A stretch of 50,766 nt of DNA from Gemmatimonadota bacterium (GTDB lineage Bacteria > Gemmatimonadota > Gemmatimonadetes > Longimicrobiales > RSA9). Each line of letters starts with the position of its first letter. Positions within the stretch are counted from its first letter, which is position 1. The notes below the pieces were generated by a model. It saw only the letters and a program-made list of their open reading frames with translations. It was not told where the DNA came from and searched no databases. The stretch lies in NCBI GenBank assembly GCA_040905425.1, contig JBBDRO010000100.1, positions 133,536 to 184,301 of the forward strand. Direction: 5' to 3'. The position numbers and the translations under genes are program-made. Shown here piece after piece: positions 1 through 12,358 of this stretch.

Positions 1-2220
<2,220 letters not shown>

Positions 2221-2368
2221 CCTTCAGCTCCGCGGGCGCCCCGGGGCGGCCTCGCGAAGCGGTGCTGGAAGTGCTGCACGGCCCCGCGCTGCGCCGCTGC
2301 GGCCGCGAGGACGGATTGCTCAAAGCTGCTACCCCGGAATGGCGTCAGGGAACCACGAGCGGCCGCCA

Positions 2369-2917
2369 TCACACCGCCCCTATGAAGGGCAGGTGCCGGT
2401 AGTCCTCACTGTGGTCGAGGCCATAGCCGACCAGGAATTCGGCCGGTGCGTCGAAGCCCACCCAGCGGGCGTCCAGGACCAGGTCGGGGGCAATGCGCTT
2501 GTGGAGGAGGGTACACAACTCGAGGCTCCTCGGCGCCCGCTCCTCCAGGAGCGGCACCAGCCGGTTCAACGTGTTGCCGCTGTCGATGATGTCCTCCACG
2601 AGCAGGACGTGCCGGCCCGCCAGCTCCGCCTCGGAATCGTGCACCAGCCGCACGTTGCCACTGCTCACCGTGCCGGCACCGTAGCTTGCCACGAGCAGGA
2701 AGTCCACTTGCAGCGGACGGTCGATGTGGCGCACCAGGTCCGCCAGAAAGATGAAGGAGCCCTTCAGCAGTCCCAGGACGAGCAACTCGCCATCGGGATA
2801 GGCTGCGGTGATCTCCCGGCCCAGCTCGGCCACCCGCGCGGCTATGACCTCGGCGTCATAGACGGTCCGCCGCAGGCCCTCCCCTGCCCCGACGCCCGCC
2901 TCAGTCGTGCTCCACAT
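2369..2917 (-). CDS. hpt: Hypoxanthine phosphoribosyltransferase
   Basis: LKGSFIFLADL, VLLVEDIIDSGNTL (PRPP-binding) and FLVGYGLD motifs. Confidence 0.96.
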   Translation of the reverse strand: MWSTTEAGVGAGEGLRRTVYDAEVIAARVAELGREITAAYPDGELLVLGLLKGSFIFLADLVRHIDRPLQVDFLLVASYGAGTVSSGNVRLVHDSEAELAGRHVLLVEDIIDSGNTLNRLVPLLEERAPRSLELCTLLHKRIAPDLVLDARWVGFDAPAEFLVGYGLDHSEDYRHLPFIGAV

Positions 2918-4310
2918 GCCTCACCGTGAGAAAGAAAGCCGGGCCCTCACCGGCAGCGGCGTGGGTGCTGCGCGCCACGCCCACCACCCAGAGCACCCGG
3001 CCGGTGGCGTCCACCACCAGGGGCGTGGCGGTCCGCTCCGCGCGCGGCAGCCGCCGCTCCACGAACAACTTCTTCACCTTCTTGGTGCCGAAGCCGAGCG
3101 CCACCCGGTCACCGGGACGCCAGGCGCGCAGCTCCAGGGGGAAGGCCACGGCGGAGAGGTCGAACTCCACGGCATGTCCCGTACCGCCCGGGTGCCCGGT
3201 GCCCCACGCGACGGCGAAGCGGCGGCCGCCCAGCATGGCCTCCCCCGTCCCGTCGCCGGTTCCCGGCACCCGCAGCGGTCGGTCCGTGGGCTGCGGCGGA
3301 CGCGCGGCACGCACCAGAATACGCTCGAAGGCGCGCTCCACTTCCGCCCCCCGCCCCACCGAGACGCGCCCGCCGGCGGCGCCCGTGCTGATAAACGCCA
3401 GCGCCGCGCGGGTTCCTGCCGCGCCTACACGCACACCGAGCGCGCGCAGTGCCAGGCGAAGTACGCGCGCGCGAAGCTCGGCATCATATTCAAGGAGCAC
3501 GGGCCGGGCAAGCTCGATCACGCCTTCCGAACGGGCCTCCAGCGCCCGCCGCAGCGCCGCCCACGCCCGGGCCTCGAGCGTCCCCTCCGCCGCACGCGCG
3601 CGACCAGCGAAACGCGCCAGTGCCAGCGCCGCCCCGGGCTGCATCCGCTCCAGTTCCGGGAGCACCGCATGGCGCATCCGGTTGCGGGCAAAGCCGGCCT
3701 CCGCGTTGGTGGGATCCTCGCGCCACGTAAGTCCATGACGCAGGGCATAGGCCTCCAGTGCGGCGCGCGGTTCGCTCAGCAGCGGCCTCCTGAGCCGCCC
3801 GCGGCGCGGCGGGATGCCGGCGGCGCCGCGCAGGCCCGCGCCGCGCGCCAATCGAAAGAGGACCGTCTCCGCCTGGTCATCGGCATGATGGGCGGTGAGC
3901 ACCGCAGCAGCGCCCAGCTCGTCGGCGGCCCGGCGCAGGAAGGCGTAGCGTGCCGTGCGCGCGTCCGCCTCGCTGCGCAGCGGTGCCTCGGCGGCACCCT
4001 CGCGCAGGGGCACGCCCCACGCGGCGCAGAGCCCGCGCACCCAGGCGGCGTCGGCCGCGCTGCCCGGGCGCATGCGGTGATCGAAGTGCGCGGCGCTCAC
4101 GCGCTGGTTCGTCTGAGGCAGCGCGAAGCGCAGGAGATGCAGCAGGACCACCGAGTCCAGTCCGCCGGAGAGCGCCACGAGAAGCGTGCCCTCCGCGGGC
4201 AGCAGGCGGCCCGTACCGACGTGTTCGGCCAGGCGGCGCGCCAGCGGGTCGCGCCCGGGCGCCCCGCGGCGCCCCTGTCCGCCATCCGGCTGCCGCGCGG
4301 CGGGTCCCAG
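2901..4310 (-). CDS. tilS: tRNA(Ile)-lysidine synthetase; start uncertain (CTG 4310 or ATG 4358)
   Basis: VALSGGLDS PP-loop, AHFDH, TAHHADDQAET, RRPLL, EDPTN...RNRMRH, and a TilS C-domain (RPGDR, KKVKKLF). Confidence 0.95.
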   Translation of the reverse strand: MGPAARQPDGGQGRRGAPGRDPLARRLAEHVGTGRLLPAEGTLLVALSGGLDSVVLLHLLRFALPQTNQRVSAAHFDHRMRPGSAADAAWVRGLCAAWGVPLREGAAEAPLRSEADARTARYAFLRRAADELGAAAVLTAHHADDQAETVLFRLARGAGLRGAAGIPPRRGRLRRPLLSEPRAALEAYALRHGLTWREDPTNAEAGFARNRMRHAVLPELERMQPGAALALARFAGRARAAEGTLEARAWAALRRALEARSEGVIELARPVLLEYDAELRARVLRLALRALGVRVGAAGTRAALAFISTGAAGGRVSVGRGAEVERAFERILVRAARPPQPTDRPLRVPGTGDGTGEAMLGGRRFAVAWGTGHPGGTGHAVEFDLSAVAFPLELRAWRPGDRVALGFGTKKVKKLFVERRLPRAERTATPLVVDATGRVLWVVGVARSTHAAAGEGPAFFLTVRHVEHD

Positions 4311-4314
4311 GGGA

Positions 4315-5226
4315 CTAGTCCTCCCCGGGCGGCGGCCCGGGGGGCGCGGGCCGCCCATGCAACTCACCGAGCAGCGCCGCCGCCACGTCGGGCCGGTCCG
4401 TGATGAGCCCGTCCACACCCCACGCGAGCAGGCGGCGCATGGCGGCCTCCTCGTTGACCGTCCAGACGTGCACCTGGATGCCGCGCCGGTGCAGCTCCTC
4501 CACGAAGCGCGCCGTCACGATGCGCAGCCGCCCATGGTACTCCGGCACCTGCACCACGTGGACCGCGGGACTGGCCAGCACCCCCGCCCGGCACCAGTGC
4601 GCGGCCAGGAAGCGGCGTACCTGCTCCGTGGACGCGCTCACCGCGCCGGTCCACGCGCCGAAGTGCGTCCGGTCCCGCTCGTACATGCCCGCGGCCACCA
4701 CCCGGTCCACGGCGTCGTGGCGGCGCACCGCGTCCATGAACGGACGCTGCGCGCCCCCCGCCTTCACCTCCACGATGAGGCGCATGCGCGGCAGCGCCTC
4801 GAGCACCTCGTCCAGCGTGGGGATGGTGAGCCCCTGCCCACGAAACGGGAAGGTGGCGCCGCCATCCCGCGTGAACCGGTAGCCGGCGTCCAGCGCCCGC
4901 AGCTCGGCGAGCGTCATTTCCGCCACGGCGCCGGCGCCGTCGGTGGTACGCTCCACGATGGGATCGTGGATCACCACGCAGTGGCCGTCCGCGCTGGCGT
5001 GGACGTCCAGCTCCACCATATCCGCTCGCCACCAGGCGTCCGCGCGGCGGCAGGCTTCCAGGGTGTTCTCGGGGGCCAGCCCCGCGCCGCCGCGGTGGGC
5101 CACCAGGAGGGGCGCGCCGGCCAACACGGGATGGAGCGCCGCGGGGGGAGGGGCCAGGCGCCGGCGCGCCGCCAGGTAGGCGCCCCCCGCCAGGGCGCCG
5201 GCGGAGAGCACGTAGCGCAGCTTCAT
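4315..5226 (-). CDS. Glycerophosphodiester phosphodiesterase family protein
   Basis: AHRGG, APENTL, VELDVH, VIHD, VHVWTVN and GVDGLITDRP motifs; N-terminal membrane anchor. Confidence 0.93.
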   Translation of the reverse strand: MKLRYVLSAGALAGGAYLAARRRLAPPPAALHPVLAGAPLLVAHRGGAGLAPENTLEACRRADAWWRADMVELDVHASADGHCVVIHDPIVERTTDGAGAVAEMTLAELRALDAGYRFTRDGGATFPFRGQGLTIPTLDEVLEALPRMRLIVEVKAGGAQRPFMDAVRRHDAVDRVVAAGMYERDRTHFGAWTGAVSASTEQVRRFLAAHWCRAGVLASPAVHVVQVPEYHGRLRIVTARFVEELHRRGIQVHVWTVNEEAAMRRLLAWGVDGLITDRPDVAAALLGELHGRPAPPGPPPGED

Positions 5227-5250
5227 GGATGCTCGCGAGCGCAGGCCACG

Positions 5251-5763
5251 TCAGTCGTCGTCGAGCCCCGCCAGCTCCAGGCGGCCCGCGCCGTCCACCG
5301 GCAGCGCATGGAGCCGGTAGAGCACCAGGTCCACCAGGCGGCCCGTCATCTCCCGCTCCAGATTGCGGGCCTTGTCCGTCTCGGGCAGCAGTTCCAGGTA
5401 GCGGCGGGCCAGGAAGAGCAGGATGTCCTCCACCACCTCCGGGCGCGGCGTGGCGGGCGCCGGCGAATCGGAGGCCACCTCCTTCAGCAGCAGTCCGTCC
5501 ACGAAAGCCAGGAAGCCGGGGAAAGTCAACTCCACGAGCTCACTGCCCCCCTCCGACATCTCCTCCTCGGTGAGCTTCTCCCACTCCAGCTCGTTCCAGT
5601 AGAGCTCCTCCGCCTCCTCCAGCAGGTAGGCGCGGCGCTCGGGCGAGCAGTTGGAGGAGCGCGGCCGCACCAGCGGATGCTGCAGCACGCGCTCCAGGTG
5701 CGCGCGGCGGCGCGCCAGGAGGATCTCCGGGTGGAGGCGGCGGTTCGATGAGGGGTCGGTCAT
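5251..5763 (-). CDS. Hypothetical protein (acidic, helical)
   Basis: 170-aa ORF from ATG 5763 with high-GC codon usage, co-oriented with its neighbours; no motif recognised. Confidence 0.75.
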   Translation of the reverse strand: MTDPSSNRRLHPEILLARRRAHLERVLQHPLVRPRSSNCSPERRAYLLEEAEELYWNELEWEKLTEEEMSEGGSELVELTFPGFLAFVDGLLLKEVASDSPAPATPRPEVVEDILLFLARRYLELLPETDKARNLEREMTGRLVDLVLYRLHALPVDGAGRLELAGLDDD

Positions 5764-5837
5764 GGCTGCACCGTAGGGGACGAGGTGGTCGCCGTGAAGA
5801 TACGCCGCCCCCGTCACGCACGGCAAACCCACCCGCG

Positions 5838-6512
5838 CTAACGCCAGCTCGTGATGTCCTCCAGCGGCTTCCTGTGGATGTCCGGCACGCGGGCGTCCGC
5901 GGCCGGATGCCCCACCACCAGCAGCAGGAAGGGCCGCTCGTGCGCCGGTCGGTCGAGCAGTTCGTTCAGGAACGTCATGGGGCTCGGCGTGTGGGTGAGC
6001 GTGGCCAGACCCGCGTGGTGCAACGCCGTGACCAGGATGCCGGTGGCAATGCCCACGGACTCGGTGACGTAGTAATTGGTGGCCCGGCCGCCGTCCGGCA
6101 GCGGCGTCCAGCGTTCCGCGAAGATGGCGATCAGGTAGGGGGCGGTCTCCAGGAACGGCTTGCGCGCGTCCGTGCCCAGAGGGGCGAGCGCCGCAAGCCA
6201 GTCCGCGGGCGCGCGCTGCTCGTAGAACTCCCGCTCCTCGGCCTCGGCCGCCTGGCGGATACGCCGCTTCAGCGCCGCGGCCGTGACGACCACGAAGTGC
6301 CACGGCTGCCGGTTGGCACCGTTCGGCGCCGTGCCGGCCGCCCGCAGGGCGTCCTCGATCACGGCGCGCGGCACCGGTCGCGCCGAGAAGTCCCGCACCG
6401 TACGGCGCTGGCGCATGCGCTCGTAGAACGCGCCAGCCCGCTGGATGATCTCATCGTCACGCAGATCGGCGCGCTGCGGCAGCGGAATGAAGGGGCGTTC
6501 GTGGACGTCCAT
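5838..6512 (-). CDS. Nitroreductase-superfamily protein, iodotyrosine deiodinase-like
   Basis: [60 protein letters not shown] and LTHTPSPM match the IYD subfamily pattern. Confidence 0.88.
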   Translation of the reverse strand: MDVHERPFIPLPQRADLRDDEIIQRAGAFYERMRQRRTVRDFSARPVPRAVIEDALRAAGTAPNGANRQPWHFVVVTAAALKRRIRQAAEAEEREFYEQRAPADWLAALAPLGTDARKPFLETAPYLIAIFAERWTPLPDGGRATNYYVTESVGIATGILVTALHHAGLATLTHTPSPMTFLNELLDRPAHERPFLLLVVGHPAADARVPDIHRKPLEDITSWR

Positions 6513-6659
6513 GGCGCTCGCTGTGAAAGGGGGTTCGCCAGCCGGCAAGGTCGGCCGCGGAACACGCCGCGGCAAGCGGACGCGGACGGGCCGCCCTGGA
6601 CAGCGGGCCCGCGCCTTGCGACCCTCCCCGGGACGATCGTTCATTCCCAGGAGGCAGGC

Positions 6660-6896
6660 ATGGCCGAAGAGAACAACGTGACCATCACCGTACGCGAGAA
6701 CGGCCCCTACCGGGTGGAGGGCCCCGTCCGGCTGGTGGACGCGGACGGCAACGAGTATGACATCTCCGGCAAGCCGGCCGTGAGTCTGTGCCGCTGTGGG
6801 GGGTCCACGCGTAAGCCCTTCTGCGACGGCACGCACTCGAAGCTCGGCTTCGAGGCAGCGGAGCGCGCGGTGCGTGAGGCGGAGGGCGGCGCCTAG
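6660..6896 (+). CDS. CDGSH iron-sulfur domain protein
   Basis: NGPY and [17 protein letters not shown] (CDGSH 2Fe-2S motif); GGAGG RBS before ATG 6660. Confidence 0.95.
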   Translation: MAEENNVTITVRENGPYRVEGPVRLVDADGNEYDISGKPAVSLCRCGGSTRKPFCDGTHSKLGFEAAERAVREAEGGA

Positions 6897-6990
6897 CGCG
6901 CGAACCTCGAGGTGCGCCAGGCGGAGGGCCGCGCCTGGCGGGTTCGGGAGGGGCGCGCAGCGCCAGTTGGTGCGCCCGCGCACGCGGAGC

Positions 6991-7025
6991 ACGATGCCCG
7001 TCACGAGGAAGGTGACGGGCATCGT
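6991..7025. terminator. Hairpin between convergent genes (probable terminator)
   Basis: Perfect 14-bp stem ACGATGCCCGTCAC-N7-GTGACGGGCATCGT; U-tail is weak. Confidence 0.6.
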
Positions 7026-7035
7026 CGCTTAAAAC

Positions 7036-7878
7036 CTAGATGCGGAACTCCTGGAAGATGCGCTTCTCCCCCTCCCCCTCGATGGTGGCCTCCAGGCCGA
7101 TGTACTCCTCCAGGCCGCTGCCGGCCAGCTTCTCCCGGAAGAGCTGATCCAGCTGGAAGACGCCCGCCGAGTTGGAGAGGTCCACGCGGATGCGCACGGG
7201 GCGCGTCTCCCCTGCTTCGATGTGCACCGCCTCCACCGCGGCCGCCGAGATGGAGTGGATGCTCGTGGAGCCCGTGGCGAAGGGGATGCGCGAGCGGCCC
7301 TTGGCCATGTCCAGCGCATCGGCAATGCGCACGATGCCGGCTTCCAGCGTGAGGGGCCTGCCGCCCGAGCGGTGCGCGATGATGGCGTGCAGGACGTCGG
7401 CGCGCATGAGGGTGGCGGTGCGCGGCTCGTAGATGCCCTCGAGCAGTTCGGCCACCTTGGGCTGCGCAATGAAGAGCGAATAGCTCTCGTGGTCGGAGCG
7501 GTGGATGGACATGCCGATGTCGTGCAGCAGGGCGGCCAGCACCACCACCACCTCCGCGTCGTGCACCTCCAGCTCGTAGTTCTTGACCAGGCTGGGCTGC
7601 ACGCCCGCGTCCACCAGCAGGCGGAAGAGCTTGACGGCAATGTTCATGACGATCTTCACGTGCACGGGCCCGTGGTCCGTCATGCCCAGCCGCTCGATGG
7701 CGTTCACGTTGGCGGCCAGCCAGTAACCGTACAGTTCGTCATCCGCGTTGATGCGCTCGATGACGCGCCGCAGCTTGTCATTGGCGCGGTCGGGAACGTT
7801 CAGCTTCAGGCGGCGCTCGAAGCGCGCGGCCACGCTCCGTCCGTAGGGCTCCTCCGAACTGTTGTCGTGCTCCTCCAC
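7036..7878 (-). CDS. HD-domain phosphohydrolase
   Basis: DHGPVH...LHDIG...H...ADALD HD signature; GTG start at 7878 with a GGAGGAGG RBS. Confidence 0.88.
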   Translation of the reverse strand: MEEHDNSSEEPYGRSVAARFERRLKLNVPDRANDKLRRVIERINADDELYGYWLAANVNAIERLGMTDHGPVHVKIVMNIAVKLFRLLVDAGVQPSLVKNYELEVHDAEVVVVLAALLHDIGMSIHRSDHESYSLFIAQPKVAELLEGIYEPRTATLMRADVLHAIIAHRSGGRPLTLEAGIVRIADALDMAKGRSRIPFATGSTSIHSISAAAVEAVHIEAGETRPVRIRVDLSNSAGVFQLDQLFREKLAGSGLEEYIGLEATIEGEGEKRIFQEFRI

Positions 7879-8248
7879 CTGCCTCCTCCGCGTGGATGTA
7901 TATACCGGCACCGGGTGGGAGATGCAGGAGGGGCGCCACGACCGTGTCGGCCGGGCGCCCCCCGCGCAAATCATGCAAGCGACGAGGCTACTTCACCTTC
8001 TTCCGCGCCGCTGCCTTCTTCTTCGCGGCCGGCTTCACGTGCGGAGCCTTCATGTCCCTGCCGCGCGGTTGACGGGCGGCGTGCGCCGGGTGGCGCGGCA
8101 CGCGTGACACCGTACGGGCGCGCGTTCGGAAACACAATGGCTGCGGAGCTGGAGGCCAGGCAACGTTCCGGCGCGCGGGGGAGTCGTATGAGGCAACCGG
8201 GGCCATCCTGGCCGCGGCGCGAAACGTCCCGATCCAGGATGAACGCAC

Positions 8249-9523
8249 ATGTCTCGCATCGACTCCACCGCTGTCGGCGCCGCCGTGGCGGCGGCGCTCC
8301 TCCTCGGCGCGCTGCCCGCATCGGCGCAGCGCGTCATCGACCTCCCGGGCACCGACCGCGCGTTGCCAGGCGCGCCGGCCGACGTGTGGGCCGTGGGCAC
8401 CGCCATGGGCCGCGACTGGGAGCAGCTGAACGGCGTGGCTGCCATGGCCTTCGACGCGCGAGACAACCTCTACGTGGTCGACTCAGGCAATTTCCGCGTG
8501 CTGCGGTTCGACGCGGCGGGGCGCTTCGTGCGCCAGCTCGGCAGTCAGGGCGGCGGCCCGGGTGAGTTCAGCCTGCCGCGCGGCGTGGCCGTGACCACCG
8601 ACGGCGCCGTGGTGGTGGCGGACATGATGGGCGGCTACGAGGTGTTCGACAGTGCCGGCGCCTTCGTGCGCGCGGTGCCCTACCCGGGTGACATGCGCTC
8701 CGTGCAGCGGCTCGCGGCGCATCCGCGTGAGGGCGTGGTGGCCAGCTCCATGGCGGCGCCCGTCCTGCGCCCCGGCGGGGACATGAGCGCCCTGCGCCAG
8801 CCCATCCCCGTGCGCGTCTTCCAGCAGCCGGTCCGGGCGGACGCACAGCTGACCGTGCTGCACGAGCACAACGATCCGCCGCCCCAGGTGGAGACCAGCT
8901 CGGCGGGCGGGCAGCGGGTGATGATGCGCGTGGGTCCGGGCCGGGACATGTTCGCGCCCGCCTTCAGCTGGGGCGTGCTGCCGGACGGGCGGGTGGCCAC
9001 GCTGAACGGCGCCGCGTACGCCATCCGCATCAACGATGCGCACGGCGCACACGTGGCCACGCTGCAGCGGCCACTGGAGCCGCGCCCCGTCACCGAGCGC
9101 ATCCAGCGGCAGGCGCAAACCGTGGAGCGTGCGCGCTTCGAGCGCGGCGACGCCGGCGCTGGTGGCGTGAGCGTCACCGTGCAGAACGGCGTGACTTCAT
9201 TCGGCAGCGGTGGTGGCGCTGCCGAGCTCACCCCGCAGCAGCTTGACGAGCGCGTGGCGGCGCTCACCTTCGCGGCCGTGGTGCCCGCCGCGCGGCGCAT
9301 GATCACCGATCCGCAGGGGCGGATCTGGGTGGAGCGCTACGCCGCGGATTTCACCGAGCCGGGTCCGGTGGATCTGCTCACGGCGGACGGACGCTACCTG
9401 GGAACGCTGCGGGACACGCCGCTGCCGGCGGCGGTCAGCGCATCCGGCCTGGCGGCCTGGCTGGAGCGTGACGAACTGGGCGTGGAACGGGTGGTGGTGC
9501 GGCGGCTGCCGGGGGGCTGGTGA
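8249..9523 (+). CDS. Secreted NHL-repeat / 6-bladed beta-propeller protein
   Basis: Sec signal ending ASA|Q; NHL blades (DNLYVVDSGNFRVLRFD, LGSQGGGPGEFSLPRGVAV, DPQGRIWV). Confidence 0.85.
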   Translation: MSRIDSTAVGAAVAAALLLGALPASAQRVIDLPGTDRALPGAPADVWAVGTAMGRDWEQLNGVAAMAFDARDNLYVVDSGNFRVLRFDAAGRFVRQLGSQGGGPGEFSLPRGVAVTTDGAVVVADMMGGYEVFDSAGAFVRAVPYPGDMRSVQRLAAHPREGVVASSMAAPVLRPGGDMSALRQPIPVRVFQQPVRADAQLTVLHEHNDPPPQVETSSAGGQRVMMRVGPGRDMFAPAFSWGVLPDGRVATLNGAAYAIRINDAHGAHVATLQRPLEPRPVTERIQRQAQTVERARFERGDAGAGGVSVTVQNGVTSFGSGGGAAELTPQQLDERVAALTFAAVVPAARRMITDPQGRIWVERYAADFTEPGPVDLLTADGRYLGTLRDTPLPAAVSASGLAAWLERDELGVERVVVRRLPGGW

Positions 9524-9557
9524 TGACAAGGGGGTGGTCCGATGAAACAACTAGCCC

Positions 9558-9563
9558 TATAAT
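9558..9563 (+). promoter_or_regulatory. Candidate sigma-70 -10 element for the RND operon
   Basis: Perfect TATAAT in an AT-rich intergenic patch of a GC-rich sequence; the -35 match is poor. Confidence 0.45.
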
Positions 9564-9750
9564 AGCGTACGATTCGATGTGACCGGCCTCCCACCCTGCC
9601 CTCGGGGCGGCCGCGTCGAGACCGCTGCAGTGGCAAGCAACCCGATCTGTGCGGGCAACGTCTCACGAATGATCGAGCGCCCGCCGCCGGGACCTCACGT
9701 GGGGTCACGTGTATGATTCGTACATCGGCCGTGCTCACCTCCATCTACGG

Positions 9751-10968
9751 ATGCCTGGCATGAAGATTCCCAGCAAGCTCATCGGCTTCGGCGTCGTGCT
9801 GCTCATTCTGGCGGTCGGCGGCTTCGGCATCTACAACCGCATCAAGGGGGAGGACGCGGCCGACGCCACGGCCAACGCCGAGGAGGGGTCCGACGCGCCG
9901 CTGCCCTCCGTATCGGCCAACAGCCTCTTCGATGACGCGCTCCCGGTGGACGTGCAGGGCGTGCCGGTGGTCTTCGACACGCTCGTGCGCACGGTGGACG
10001 CCACGGGGCTGGCGGCGCCGTGGCGGGAAAGCGTGGTCGCGGCACAGGTGAGCGGGCGCATTCTTCAGGTGGGGGTACGCGAGGGCCAGCGCGTGGGTGC
10101 CAATACGCCGCTGGTGGTCATCGACAGCACCGACTATGTCATGGACCTGCGAGAGCGCGAGGCGGCGCTGGCGCGGGCCCAGACCCAGTACATGGCGCAG
10201 CTCATCGGCTCGCAGAATTACGACCCCGAGACGCGGGCGGCCGCCGAGCAGGCCGCGCGCAACAGCGTCGGCCTGCCGGGCGCGGAGATCGCCATCCAGC
10301 GCGCACGCCTCAACCTGGCGCGGACCCGGGTCCTGCCAGCCTTTGCCGGCACGGTGGCGGACCTTCAGGTGGTGGAAGGCCAGCACGCCTCCGCGGGGAC
10401 GCCCATCGCCACCATCCAGCAGACGGACCCCATGAAGGTGCAGGCGGCGGTGCTGGAATCGGCCATCTCCGAGATCCACCCCGGCCGCATGGCGGAAGTG
10501 ACCTTCGTGGCCTTTCCCGGAGAGGTCTTCGCAGCCAGGATTGAGAGCATCAATCCGGTGGTGAGCCAGGCCAATACGGCGCGCGTCACGCTCTCCGTGC
10601 GTAACCCCGATGGCCGCATCGTGAGCGGCATGAACGCCAACGTCCGGCTGCCCGCCTCACGCATCCCCGACGTGGTCATGATCCCGAGGGAAGCCGTGGT
10701 GGAGCGGGACATCGAGCGCCGCACGCTGGTCTTCCTGTTCGAGGGGGAGGGGGACATCGGCCGCGCGAAGTGGCAGTACGTGACGCTCCACCGCCGCAAC
10801 AACACGCACTACGAGATCATCGACGATCCCAACGACCCGCGGGATCGCCTCCTGGAGCCGGGCGAGATCGTGCTGGTGAGCGGGCACAAGAACCTCGAGC
10901 ACGACGCCAAGGTGCGCCTGGGCGGCGGCGTGCGCACGGTGGACGGCGTGGTCACCGGCAACCGGTGA
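9751..10968 (+). CDS. RND efflux periplasmic adaptor (membrane fusion protein)
   Basis: N-terminal TM, VAAQVSGRI...VREGQRV lipoyl-like half, hairpin, AFAGTV, beta-barrel and IPREAV. Start at ATG 9751 or 9760. Confidence 0.92.
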   Translation: MPGMKIPSKLIGFGVVLLILAVGGFGIYNRIKGEDAADATANAEEGSDAPLPSVSANSLFDDALPVDVQGVPVVFDTLVRTVDATGLAAPWRESVVAAQVSGRILQVGVREGQRVGANTPLVVIDSTDYVMDLREREAALARAQTQYMAQLIGSQNYDPETRAAAEQAARNSVGLPGAEIAIQRARLNLARTRVLPAFAGTVADLQVVEGQHASAGTPIATIQQTDPMKVQAAVLESAISEIHPGRMAEVTFVAFPGEVFAARIESINPVVSQANTARVTLSVRNPDGRIVSGMNANVRLPASRIPDVVMIPREAVVERDIERRTLVFLFEGEGDIGRAKWQYVTLHRRNNTHYEIIDDPNDPRDRLLEPGEIVLVSGHKNLEHDAKVRLGGGVRTVDGVVTGNR

Positions 10969-11023
10969 GCACGTTCCCGCGAACATCCCCCTACGGGTCA
11001 CCTCCCATCATGGAGCCGTGCTC

Positions 11024-12349
11024 ATGAAGCCGCACCGCATCCTGGCTCTGGCCCTCCTCCTCGCGCCGGCCACGGCGGGCGCGCAGGACGGTCCCCCGCT
11101 GTCGCTGGAAGAGGCGCTGCGCATGGGACGGGCCAACAACCCGGGCTTCCAGCAGCGCCTGAACGACGAGGAAATGAGCACCTGGGACGTGCGCGGCGCG
11201 TACGAGAACTTCCTGTCGATCGGTGTGCGACCCCTCACGCTCTCCGGCCGGCGCAATACCCAGGTCAACAACGCCGCCGGGCGCGCCGCCGTCACGTCTG
11301 AGAGCAGCACTGCCTCCCAGAACCTGAACGCCAGCCTCTCCCTGGACGCGCGCCGGTGGAACAGCCTGCAGACCGCCCGCACGCAGAAGGAGGAGGTCGT
11401 GCGCACCACCGCGGCCGAGGCCTTCAACCTGGACGTGCGCGTCACCCGGGCGTACTACCGGGCGCAGAGCGCCGAGGCGCAGATCGAGTTGGCCCAGCGC
11501 CAACTCGGCCAGGCGCGGCAGCGGTTGTCCGAGACTGAGGAGAAGATCCCGCTGGCGGCGGCTTCCGCCGTGGACCTGCAGCAAGCGCAGTTGGACGTCC
11601 TGAGCCGGGAACAGCAGGTGGCCAACGCGGAGGGCACCGCCCGCTCGGCGCGCCTGGCGCTGGCCACGGAGCTCGGTGTGGGCGGCGCCGGCGACTGGGA
11701 GCTCACCACCGAGGTGCTGGACCCCTTCGACCCGTCCTCGCTGGACCCGAACGCCCTGGTGGATCGGGCCCTGCGTGAGAACCGCATGCTGCAGGCCCAG
11801 GAGGTCTCCGAACGACTCGCCGAGCAGCGCAGCACGCTGGCCCGGCGCACCGCCTGGTGGCCTTCGCTGGGCCTCAGCTGGGGCCTCAGCCGGAACGCCT
11901 TCGCCGCCGACTACGGCGCCTTCGGTGAGGTGAACCCCAACGATACCCGGCAGAGCAGCCTGAGTCTCACGGTGTCGCTGCCCTTCCTGAGCCCCGTGGG
12001 TACCTCCGCCAACATCGCCACCAGCGCCATGGCCGCCACGGACGCGCAGCACCTGACGCGCGCCCAGCGCTTGAATGTGGAGCGAAACGTACGCACCGCC
12101 ATCATCCAGCTCGAGAATGCGTGGCGCAGCCTGCAGATCGCCGATCAGACGGCGGTCGTGGCGCGGCAACAGCTGGAGCTCGCGGAGGAGCAGCTCCGCC
12201 TGGGGGTCCTGAGTTCGCTGGCCTTCCAGCAGGTCATCGACCGGGCCGCGCAGGCTGAAGTGTCCGCCCTGAACGCACGTTTCGACTTCCTGAATCGCCG
12301 CCTGGACCTCGAGCAGGAGCTCGGCGGCCCCATCGACCCGCAGCTGTAG
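11024..12349 (+). CDS. TolC-family outer membrane efflux protein
   Basis: Signal peptide, LSLEEAL...ANNP start, two OEP-like repeats, and position within the RND operon. Confidence 0.88.
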   Translation: MKPHRILALALLLAPATAGAQDGPPLSLEEALRMGRANNPGFQQRLNDEEMSTWDVRGAYENFLSIGVRPLTLSGRRNTQVNNAAGRAAVTSESSTASQNLNASLSLDARRWNSLQTARTQKEEVVRTTAAEAFNLDVRVTRAYYRAQSAEAQIELAQRQLGQARQRLSETEEKIPLAAASAVDLQQAQLDVLSREQQVANAEGTARSARLALATELGVGGAGDWELTTEVLDPFDPSSLDPNALVDRALRENRMLQAQEVSERLAEQRSTLARRTAWWPSLGLSWGLSRNAFAADYGAFGEVNPNDTRQSSLSLTVSLPFLSPVGTSANIATSAMAATDAQHLTRAQRLNVERNVRTAIIQLENAWRSLQIADQTAVVARQQLELAEEQLRLGVLSSLAFQQVIDRAAQAEVSALNARFDFLNRRLDLEQELGGPIDPQL

Positions 12350-12358
12350 CGAGGCGGC

